From Sphyrna mokarran (taxonomy: Eukaryota), in the NCBI GenBank assembly GCA_024679065.1, contig JAGIQG010000035.1, forward strand, positions 7,998,001 through 8,062,000: a stretch of 64,000 nt of DNA. The letters run 5' to 3'. Shown here piece after piece: positions 53,250-64,000 of this stretch. The position numbers and the translations under genes were made by a program. The stretch's first letter is position 1; every line of letters starts with the position of its first letter. The notes under the pieces are model-generated. The model worked only from the letters and a program-made list of their open reading frames with translations, searched no databases and was not told the DNA's origin.

Positions 53250-53811
53250 TGGGGTACTGGGGATAAGGATTTCCAAAAGCTCTGACAAGTGAGGGGGAAA
53301 AAGCCAATGCAATTTTTGCATATTCACTTCAACTTGACATGCTGCTGAGGTGGTGTGGTGCTATCGGTGGGCTAAAATGTGACACATTCAGAATAGAATT
53401 GTATTCCACCACAATCTAATCTTGTGGTCTTGGCACATCCTTCACGTGAACATTTTCAGAAAACTTCAATCAACATGCAGAATAGCATACTCCAAACAAC
53501 ACCACACATTTCTGAAAAGGGATAACAACCTGAAAACACACAAGGTAGGACTACACAATGCTGAAGATAATAGCAGTCCCACAACCAACAGATTAAATTA
53601 AAGCTCTGCAGTCTAATTACATGCAGTCATGAATGGCGGAACAAGATCCACAACATCATAGGTGTCAATCTTCAGCCAATTTGATTCATTCCACATAATA
53701 AAGAAACAGCAAACTGCACTGAATTCAGAAAGGAAATGGGTCTGGACAACACCCCAGCTGTAATGCCCAAGACTTGTTCTCCACAACTAACCACATCTCG
53801 AGCCAAGCTAC

Positions 53812-53878
53812 AATATTGTATTCTAATATTGTAGTATTAGATTTAATACTAATTCTAATATTGTAGTATTGTATTCTA
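53812..53878. repeat. Short AT-rich imperfect tandem duplication
   Basis: attctaatattgtagtatt occurs twice, with tattgtattctaa at both ends. Confidence 0.75.
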
Positions 53879-54288
53879 AAAGTAGGACATTGCTCATGCA
53901 TATCCCACAAAAAAGGAGAGCAAAATCCAATTAGAAGGCCTTCACTTCATCAAAATCTACCTGGGTTGAAGGTAGCAATAAAACATGAGATGTCTGCAAT
54001 GGAAATTCTTTTTGACAATTATCAAGTGGCACTTAGTCAAATCACCTCAACCCTCAAGACCACTCAACAATAGACACTGAGGGGAAAATTCTCCATTGGC
54101 TGCAGCTCAAAAGGGCAGCCCAAATACATCACCACAGGGATTCCTGAGAATATTGTCTTACACCAATCATCAATATTTTAAATAAATGACTTTCCCTCCG
54201 TTGTGGCCTCAGAAGTATGATTGATGTTTCCACAGTATTCAACTGCATTTGCACTTCCTCAAATAATGAAGCTATCCATGGCCACACA

Positions 54289-54414
54289 GTAAGAGTCTGA
54301 CAACACCAATTTTAAATCCAACCGATTTATTAAGAAATCGGTTGGATTTAAAATTGGTGTTGTCAGACTCTTACAGAGTTTACCCCAGTCCAACGCCGGC
54401 ATCTCTACATCATG
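54289..54414. mobile_element. Penelope pLTR terminus forming a perfect 40-bp hairpin plus tail, 12-bp TSD
   Basis: Arms 54289-54328 and 54335-54374 are exact reverse complements (loop attaag); tail ccccagtccaacgccggcatctctacatcatg; catggccacaca duplicated at 54277-54288 and 54411-54422. Confidence 0.92.
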
Positions 54415-54422
54415 GCCACACA

Positions 54423-55295
54423 TACAATGGACAATATTCAGGGTCAAGTTTGGTGAGTGGCAAGTAACATTCACCATACTACACAACTGTCAGGAAATGA
54501 CACTCTCCAATGAGAAAGAGTGCCCAATCATCTCCAACAACTAACTTCCCTCTCAATATCCTGGGGCTCATCATTGATGAGAACTTAGGCTGGCCATATA
54601 AACAGTGGCTACAAGAGTAAGACAGAGATTGGGCATTCTGTCCACGAAACTAATTTGACCTCCAAAAACTTTCCATCTATAAGGCACAAAGTGTGATGGA
54701 AATATGTCCATTGCCCAGATGAGTAAAGCAGTACACAATATGCAAATATAAAAAGCAATCTGCTTGATCAGGGCAACACGGTAGCCTCTCAGCACCAGGG
54801 ACATTTGGTTTCAATTCCCAGCTTGGGTCACTGTTTGTGTGGAGTTTGCATGTTCTCCCTGTGTCTATGTACGTTTTCTCCAGGTGGTCCTGTTTCCTCC
54901 CACACTCCATAGATGGCAGACGGAAACGCATGGGCTGGAATCATCAGTGCAGAAACTAGCCAAATGGTCTCCTACACTGTATGGGTTTTATGATGAGTGT
55001 TCCCACCCACCACTATTTATTTACTCCAACACTGATGCAAAATAAATGCATCTAAAAGATGTGCTACAGCAGCTCAAAGCTTAATCAGAATTGTGCAAAT
55101 CTGATAAGGTAACAGACTCAGGAGAGATTCACACAGTTTGAAAATGCATTGTTCTTTCATTACTGGTCAAAATCCTGCTACCCCATCATGAGAGCGCTGT
55201 GGAAGCACCATCACACAGTATGCAGCATTTCAAGAGGCAACTCACCGCCAGTTGGAGCTGGGTATTAATTGAAAGCATACCCACAAATGAATAAA
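54423..55295 (+). mobile_element. Old non-LTR retrotransposon relic interrupted by a SINE
   Basis: gagtggcaagtaacattc, aatatcctggggctca, ggctacaagag, catctataaggcacaa.gtgtgatggaa: an RT C-terminal relic. Confidence 0.6.
54771..54994 (+). mobile_element. HE1-like V-SINE, internally deleted
   Basis: gggcaacacggtag...tcaattcccagcttgggtcactgtttgtgtggagtttgca...tacactgtatgggttttatgat. Confidence 0.8.
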
Positions 55296-55959
55296 AGACA
55301 TGATTATATTTGTGGTCATTCCTTAAAAATAAATAGCCAGCAACACACTATTTTCAGGCCAATTATGATACAAGAGAAAGGGGAAAATTGGAAATGTAAA
55401 CCATAGAAACTGATATGTCATGTTTATTCTCCAGCGACAGGAACTTCAACCATGTGGGGTGCTTTTAGAAATGCCAAGATATTTGCATAAGCAATGAAAC
55501 CATTATTTCACTATGTACCACAGCAGAAAGGCTCATACTAACTGTACCAATTTGGCAGAAGACCAATGATCATAAAAACTGATGCATTTCTGGCACAAAA
55601 AGATTTTGCACCACCACAAAGATACATAGCAATCATTTTTACCCACTGCACTAGAACCTCTAGGTCCCAAAATATTAACTGGCATTGGAAGTTTCACTGC
55701 AACCCACAGTCACAGATTTTTTTTCCACACTGAGCATACTGAGAATAAACCTCAGGTGTATTCTGCATTAGAATACCTCAGTTTCGCAACATAAAGCTTT
55801 AATTCAGAGATGCAATATTTTCACATGAATAAAGGGAATTCCCATATCAAACTAAGTCATATACAGATGCAGCAAATCAGCTCTTCAATTCATTTTCCAC
55901 CACGAAGTTAAAATTAGAGGTAAAGCGTATTGCCAGTCACTGCACACAACTTGCAGAGC

Positions 55960-56236
55960 GACACAATGGTTAGCATTGCTTTCTCACACACCAGGGACCT
56001 GGGTTCAATTCCCAGCTTGGGTTACTGTCTCTGTGGAGTTCGCATTCTCTCCACGTCTGCAAGGGTTTCATCTGGGTGCTCCAATTTCCTCCCACAATCA
56101 GAAAAATGTTCCGGTTAGGTGCACTGGCCTTGCTAAATTCTCCCTCAGTGTACGTGAACTGGTGCAGGGGTGAGGCAACTAGGGAATTTTCACAGCAGCT
56201 TCATTGCAGCGTTAATGCAAGCCTATTTGTGACATT
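55960..56236 (+). mobile_element. V-SINE, alternative-tail type
   Basis: atggttagcattgct...gggttcaattccc...tgtggagttcgcattctc...agggaattttcacagcagcttcattgcagcgttaatgcaagcctatttgtgaca. Confidence 0.88.
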
Positions 56237-59200
56237 CAAAAATTTTCCCCTCCTAGCTATCAACAACTCTCAAGTAAAAATGTATTTCAATAACCTGTTA
56301 GGCGTTATTATGGTCAAGTTAAACATTGTTCATTAATAACCTGTCCAACTCAACGTATTTTAACTGTGGCCTTTTTCTTTCACATAAACAGGAAAAGTGT
56401 AATACATTTTGCAAAAGCACTCTGTTGTAGAGCATGCATCTTAAATTTCCACTTATTCTCTGAGTTTCCAAAGTCACGTGAATCCGATCTGAAGTGCTGC
56501 CACCATTGTGGCAACGGAGCTTCTATTCGTAGCTGGAATCACTGCTACAAAAGCCTCAGGATTACATGCCAGCAATATTTTAAAAATTCCAGAGGTAATG
56601 CTAACATATCACTGATCTTGTTCAAAGTGTTTTATGTTAGTATTGCATATTTATTAGATCATAGGGCAAATGCGCTAATATCAGAATAGGTTTCATTATT
56701 CTGGAAAAATTATTATACTTTGCATTCAATGCATTCTAGCAGAAGTTTTAAGCCAAATTTCTCCCCCAAACTGTAAATATTTCAGTGAATAAAGGTATAA
56801 TATTCAACAGCCTATCAACGCAACTGACAGCCCAGATGAGACATTGCTCAAAATGAGTTTATCAATACGAAAAACCAGCTTAAAACTATAACAAACTGTC
56901 AGCCATTAATTTACACTTTTATTGCAAAACAGATATATAATGCAACATATGCACAATCTGTAGACCAAAATCCATGCAAAACTAAAATAAAATCAAATTC
57001 CAAAGTGACAAGAATGTGCAAAATCTGACTAATTTATTTTTGTTCACTTTATTCCTGTAAAGGACTTAACATCCTGCTGAAATAAAGCTCCACAAAACAT
57101 CAGATTTCTTCTAATGGCTCGCCCAAATAGCCAACTAACATCTGGGCCAGAACAGAATTGGCACACTAATTTATGTTGGTTTAATTCTCACCTCACCCTC
57201 ACCAGATATACATTTGTAATTTTAAGCTTAGCAAATCTCACTAAATAGGAAACAAGAGCAAAAACTGTGTTGGATATTCACTCTGTAAACTCAGAAAATC
57301 ATTCATAACCAAGGGAACAAATCTGCACATTAACTTAAAACGCTCACTGAAAGATTGCATTTTTTTGAAAAACAATTGGCTTCATCTTGGATTGAATTTC
57401 TACCAAAGCAGTGAACTGTTGTGAATTAACTTCTGCTTCTCAGTTTAGACATTATTCTATTCAATATTCTCTCCGCAGCCATTATAAAGATATCAGTGTC
57501 AATCTCCCACCACTAGAAACATTTCCTCTCCCAAACAAACTATAGATCTCTTTCAATCTGCTGGTTTGACTTTTCTTTAAAACCAAGGAACTGAATGTTT
57601 CACTCGTAATTAATTTATTTTTCAATTTAAGTAAACCATGGAGATATAACCATCCATACAAGGTCAACGTTCCAACAAAATAAAAATGCTGTGACTTTTA
57701 CATCTGTAGTTTGATCAGCTTTATTGAGCAACCTTGAGAATCCTATTTCAATTAGCATAGCAAAACATGGCAAATATAGAAATACTGATTAGTCAATATC
57801 TAGGCAGAGCACAAACAAATTACTATTTGCATTTTCCTCAATTTCTAATTAACACAGCTATCATGTTAATATGTAGTGACGGTAAACCACATTCCAATGC
57901 AACATGACAAGACTGCATACTTTCATCATGTAACATTTGGACACTTGATACAGAATCAGTTGTGGCACCACATTCAAAAATTTCCTACTGAAAATAGTAG
58001 TTCCTTCCTTCATCACTACAAACTGCCTCACATTTAGTTGAGCAGCAGTTATCTATACTCTTTCAGCTCCATTTCTCACTTTCAGCTTTAGACAAATGCA
58101 GTGTTGCACATATGGGCAGAATGCCAAGCACACTTACACCCATCTGGGAACAGAAACCAGTGGTAAAATTAATACATCATGGTATCATTTACAACCAATA
58201 GAGTCCATAGCTAATTGACACTGCATACTATGCTGTATCCACAGAAATATCAATTACAAAACAAAGCACCATTTTATCCACATACAAGATTTTGTTTAAA
58301 ATATGATGCCCACAGCAAATGATAATGAAGACTTTTGGAAAAACATACACATGGATCACTCCTATTTCACAGTATTGGATATTTAAAGAGGGTGAAAGAG
58401 CTGGGTCAATGTTTTTAAAAGGTATAAACTTTGGAGAATTTGATTACTGTAAAATGATTGTGCCACTCTTAAATTTAGCCAGAAAAATCTACTAAATTAC
58501 TTTGTTCACACTGCAAGTCTGCTCATGCACATGTACTGCAATGTCAGATCAACTCTAGCTCCACATTTGATTTACATATTTCCATGATTTATTTAGACTT
58601 GACAAAAGATTGCCAACAGCTAGTTGCTAGTGTCTCCAAAAGAACTAGCTAAAAAAGATAAACTGGAAATAACTTGCAACTGAATATTTAAAACTTAAAT
58701 ACCATTTAATCTTCCAAGTCATTTGAAATAATAGTTCCAAATTAGTATGCTAATTCTGAACACTTACTGTCTGCATTTAATTGCATCTTGTACTATTGAT
58801 ATGATCCATTCACAGCTAAATTTAACACTTTTTTGTTAAGTTAGAGATGTAGGCCACTCCATTTTCTATTGTCTAACTCTCATCATATACCTTGACAGAT
58901 TTTCAGTGTCTTAACTTGCCAACAACAGTTGGATATTTGGTAGGCTTGACAAATTTCAGGTTAAGCCATTTTTATTTAGGATGCGTACTGCAAATTAGCT
59001 ATACTCAGAACTAGTCATCTCCTGAAAAGATCCATTGTGCTATGAATTCTTTACAGTATCACCAGTAGAGTAGAAATTAATGCAATTTATAACATTCCTC
59101 CAAGGGCTCCATACACCCACCTCAGCTGTAAATAGCATCGAATCAATATGACTACTTTCAGACAGATTAGGATGTGCTCAGTTTTATCTTTCATTGACAC

Positions 59201-62200
59201 AGCAACAAAAGAGAAAAATCAGTGCATAGGAAGAAGCCTGCACTGGAAAGTGACAATTTTAAAAACTAAGGGATGATATGCAACATGCAATAATTGCTGT
59301 AAATTAATAAAATGTTCTTCTAGCAATCTTTCAAAAACACTTCAAAGCTTTTCACATCATGAAGTAGTTTAACTGAAGGCTGTTATCAAAGAAACTTACG
59401 AACACATGCTGTTAAATGGCCTCAACTTCCAAAAACATTTACACAAACAAAAATATAAGTAAAACAAATACAAGACCTTTGCTGCATTTTGAAGCTACTG
59501 TTAAGCGTAAACTAATTTTGATCATGCAGATGGGAGATTTTCATTGTGTAAGGGTTAAATTTTGGATTACAAAAACATTTTTGTCACTTTAGCTGTTCAA
59601 ACTGGAAACATTAGCCAGCACAGCATGTGGTCCAAAACAAAGGTAACTGCAATATAATATGCTGTCTGATCATGTCCCACTATAAATGGAGTTCCCCACT
59701 AATGGAAACCAAATGACCTCTGGCAAAAAAACTACTTAACCCATAATGATCACAGGTTCCTCAACCTTCCACTGCTTAGTGAAAAACTGATAACTCTCAA
59801 ATAAAAGGCATATGCAGTATCAGAGTAACTGAGACAAACTAAGAAACAAAATAGGAATAAACAACTCAATTCAATTCGTCTACAAACCTATAGCCTCTAA
59901 CCACACTACAAAATGTCAATTTTGGGCATTAATTCTGAAAATTGCTATCTACCAACAAGTTTGTGCTTTATGAGAGTTACAGTTCAGTTTGTAAACTTTG
60001 CAGCTTTTGGGCTCTGGAGGTAATGCAATGGCAGCAATCTCTGATGGATGTATTGTTTACACTCACTGACTCCAAGTCATTTTTATGAAATATACCAATA
60101 AAAAAGAAAATAGGCTAAAATAAAGCTGCAATAAAAAAATGCAGAAAAGGAAACAGTCAAGACACAGAAGTCAACTTCAAAAATACTGAAAGTAAAAGTT
60201 AAAGAGCGCATTTCTTGCTTTCTACTTGAGGGAATACAGTACATAAGAGCACACAAAGTACATTTAAACTTGTCTGAATTTTCCAAATGCATAAGAATGA
60301 GGTAGTAATATTTAATATTTGCCTGAATAACCTCATTATTATAATAGCTTATTTCAATACCATTGAGCAGAAACATACACTAACCCTAATCCACCGCCCA
60401 ATGATTCTCTTGCTGTATCAGTAACATGCAGTTGCCAGAACTTAGTTCAACATGAGCACTGATGCTACAGAAATTGGATTTGGCTGGACATGTTCACAGG
60501 ATATTAAAATAGTAGGCTGATGTAGGTATTAAAAAAGTCACCACTAGTTTCTCTTGCAAGACATAGAATACTGCATTATAGAACAAATTGAAGACAAGAT
60601 GAAAATTTAAGGAATTAGAAGCAGCTTCTAAGTTAGACTGAAATTCACTACCAGGTTTAGCTGTTGAATGTGCATAGTTTTTACTTAAAAGATTAAATTG
60701 GATTTGTGAATGAATGGAAAGTGGATAAGGGGATTTGCAAACAGGGTATTTAGACTCTACTTAATTCAATGCTAAGTGGCAGCACATTTTCATAAAATGA
60801 TTTAAACACACATTTCTAGGTACATTTATAGTTAATTTTAATCATTTGTAACATCCAAAATGGATAGATGGTTTGTTTCAATCTTGCATTTTGAAGAAAT
60901 TAAACTAACCACTTAATTTTTAAGGTAACTCTTTCTCCAAAAGATATTGTCATCTTGCATTTGAAGTAGGAAAAGAAAACTTCAAATCCTTGTTCAACTT
61001 GACAATGCTTTCAGAATGTGAATACAAACATTAATGCAAGTTAATAGTTTGAAGCCCACTTTGCCATTATATCCTTCAAAAACACCATTCTGATCAGCAT
61101 CGATTTAGTCTGACAGCATCTGCACTTTTAACCCGACTCAATAGGAATGGCCTCTGAAGTGCAGGAAAGTAATGAAAACATGTAATAAATTCACTCTCAG
61201 GCACATAGTCATTTCCAGAACATGCTAGCAGTTGCTGCAGTACAGTACCGGATGAAGTAGACAATGAAATCAAAACTCCCCTTCATAGCCCATGCAATTT
61301 ACATATAATTCCCCAACTATGTCAATGTGCTAAAAGTTTGATCTTTTGCTACTAAAGAACATAGCATTCACCCAAGTATTTTAAACTACATCATTTATTT
61401 TGTCACTTTATAGAAATCAGGAAACAAAAGTAAATTTCCTTCTCATTCAAGTCACAAGGGGAGGGGGTCACAACTCTTTTGTCTAAAGGTGAAACAAAGA
61501 TAGAAAACAAATGTACGCCACTTTTTAAAAAGTTGAAAACATTAAATAGCGATGATATGTGTCTGATGCAACACCAGAAGGAGACAATTCAAGGCTATGG
61601 GATAAGTCATTGTAATGTACCATAAAATACTGGATGTAGCAACAAGTTGTTCTCTTCTTGTGGAAATGGCAAGTTATTCCCCCCCCCCAAACCCAGTACA
61701 TTTTATAAAATTGAATCACTAGAAACAAGATGAGAGAACGGTTTATCAACACTTATTCTGTATGTGCCTAAAACTGCCACTCACTGCATGCGTTCTAAGC
61801 TCATAGTAATTTAAACGATGTGATCTTTGAAAGGATAAATCTAAAGCCAGATGGGCTGTCATTGAAACAATAATAGAACAGATGGGGTTTGACCATGGCA
61901 GCAAACAGTTAAAGTGACTAACTGGTTCTTTTTCATTTCAATAATGTTTTTTTATTCATTACTGTATGCTTAATTCATTTGCACATTTAGTGCAAGTTGT
62001 ATTTGATCTGCCACCAAACCACTGTATTAGGATAAAAAATTAGTATTCTACAGAAATTACTTATTCTTCAGGGGCAACTACTTCCAGGATGGAAGATAGG
62101 CCAATTCATTACACATTATACAACACAGCACACCATCACTATAAATCCTGGCTTACAAAACTTAAGATTAAGACAATCAAAGATAAACATTCCTTCACAA

Positions 62201-62244
62201 CAGTCTCTACAATTATTCCTGTGTAAAGGAGGAATAGTCATGAC

Positions 62245-62610
62245 CTTAAGACATCCCTTAGCACTTCATTTTTCAATTAGTTATTTTTGCAGCATTGTAA
62301 CTTTATCAAAAATGCAGCAGCTGCTTCTCAACAAGGTCTCACAATTAGCAAATAAACAGCCTGTTAATCTGTTTTGGTGTCAGTTGAGGGACAAATGTTG
62401 ACCAAGGCCATGAGAAAACTATGAAAAATGACAAAGATTCCTTTATGCACATCTGAATGAGCAGACAAATGTCTTAACATCATCTGGAACTCTACACCTA
62501 CAGTGCAGTTCTCCTTCAGGACTGCGTTCCATGTCTGTCTCAATTATGTGCTCAAGCCCCAGACAGGATCTTAAACTCAGCTTCATGACTCTCTCAGAAG
62601 ACCAAGAGAG
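62245..62610 (-). mobile_element. DeuSINE relic
   Basis: aatctgttttggtgtcagttgagggacaaatgttgacca...ttaacatcatctggaa...acagtgcag...attatgtgctcaagcc, homologous to 24575-24980. Confidence 0.65.
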
Positions 62611-63189
62611 TAAAAAAAAACTATTAGCTATCTAGTTCCTCCAAGTGTACTCCACTCTTGTAACAATAAACTTGAGATACAGTAGTTTCAGGTTTGATTT
62701 CCAGATGGCATACGTTACTGAGAGGTCAACTAGTCAGGATTATTCATAGTTACTTATCAGTTGAAATTTTCCTGCACCTATGTACGTAACTTCTTAGAGG
62801 TGGGAGAAAACTGGGGAGTGGGGCAGCTGAGCTAGTACAAAGCAAGACAATGCAAGTTAGTAATTATGGTATAGATTAGGTAGAAATAACTGAAGTACAA
62901 AACAATGCAATATTAAAAATTAATCTACTGCTATAACTGCAAAAAATTTCTAACTCTAATGGGATAGTCAAGTACAGAAGATTTTACCTACTAACATTTT
63001 ACACATGACATGCCTTCAAATTCATCTTTTCAAAAGGTTAGCACTTTAATGAATACAGTGCAATATAATTTTAAACAATCTGTATAATCATTCATTATTC
63101 CATCTTACTTTGGTATAGAAAAGCAACTTATCCAAAACAAGTGTTTTGCTCAGCCTTTAAACAGAGGCAAAACTAAACATCAGTTACAA

Positions 63190-63460
63190 TTAAAGTTTAT
63201 TTATTAGTGTCACAAGTAGGCTTACATTAACACTGCAATGAAATTACTGTGAAAATTCCCTAATTACCACATTCCAGTGCCTGTTCAAGTACACTGAGGG
63301 AGAATTTATCATGGCTAATGCACCTAACCCACACTGTAGGAAAAAACCCACGCAGACAGAGGGAGAACGCGTAAGCCGCACAGAGACAATGATCCAAGCT
63401 GTCAAATTGAACCCAGGTCATTGACGTTGTGAGACAGCAGTGCTCACCACTGTGTCACCC
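63190..63460 (-). mobile_element. V-SINE, alternative-tail type
   Basis: taaagtttatttattagtgtcacaagtaggcttacattaacactgcaatg...aattgaacccagg...cagcagtgctcaccactgtg. Confidence 0.88.
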
Positions 63461-64000
63461 CAAATCATGGAATATGGCAGCTTTCCACTGAGGAAGCTTG
63501 CTTGACAGGTAGGGATACTAACCTCTCCATTAACAAAGAAGCTGTAACTAAATTTTCAAAGATGGTACTTCAGTTGCTTCAAGATTAATGGGCAAGCATT
63601 GTACTGTAGTTGATACAAATGCTACTCAACTGATTTTTAATTACAGAATCATTATTTATTCCTAAATTTGAAAACTACACAAAGTGAGAGGCACAGTAAA
63701 AATTAGTACTTTATTCAGAGTGCTGAATCATGAGGATGGTCTTCCTGCTTGCCAAACAAATTTCTTGCCTGTTGAATTTCAAATATAATCCTCTCAGTCA
63801 ATCCAAACTCCAGTGCAAAAGTAATCATATGCAACTGCAACCACTATTATTTTTGATAGGAATCAGTAGGAAGAACTCCAACACCACACATTTAACAAAA
63901 GTTGCTCGCTCAACAAGTGATTTGCCAAGATTAGTGACACCACATGAACCAAGAACATACCAAACAAGCTTACCCATACTCAAACAAAGCAGCAATGGAT

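Noticed and set aside
23810-64000. Promoter, CpG island or exon 1 of brd4
   Set aside because: The region is AT-rich and CpG-depleted throughout; no island seen, so the TSS is probably beyond the right edge.

Overview
Vertebrate genomic DNA, very probably from an elasmobranch (shark), judged by the abundant HE1/V-SINE, DeuSINE, CR1 and Penelope-type repeats. The whole window lies inside one minus-strand gene, a BET bromodomain gene best matching BRD4. Five coding exons (23491-23775, 14102-14239, 9514-9652, 3592-3899, 2378-2800; 1293 nt = 431 codons) have GT-AG boundaries and consistent phases. They encode the N-terminus, all of BD1, the Pro/Thr/Gln linker and the first half of BD2. The remaining exons lie left of the window. 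The promoter and non-coding exon 1 are not visible, so about 40 kb at right is a TE-rich first intron. Most interesting observations: (i) several Penelope-like families carrying degenerate minimal hammerhead ribozymes with different stems, including three fold-back insertions with target-site duplications and a shared junction geometry, one of them a perfect 40-bp hairpin; (ii) a CR1 LINE family whose 3' UTR carries a V-SINE core; (iii) an out-of-frame uORF overlapping the BRD4 start; (iv) CpG-rich intronic blocks with well-formed cryptic splice sites that could give poison, micro-exon or BD1-only isoforms; (v) a Gly/Val insertion just before BD2. Repeat family names and comparisons with human BRD4 are from recognition and memory, not database searches.
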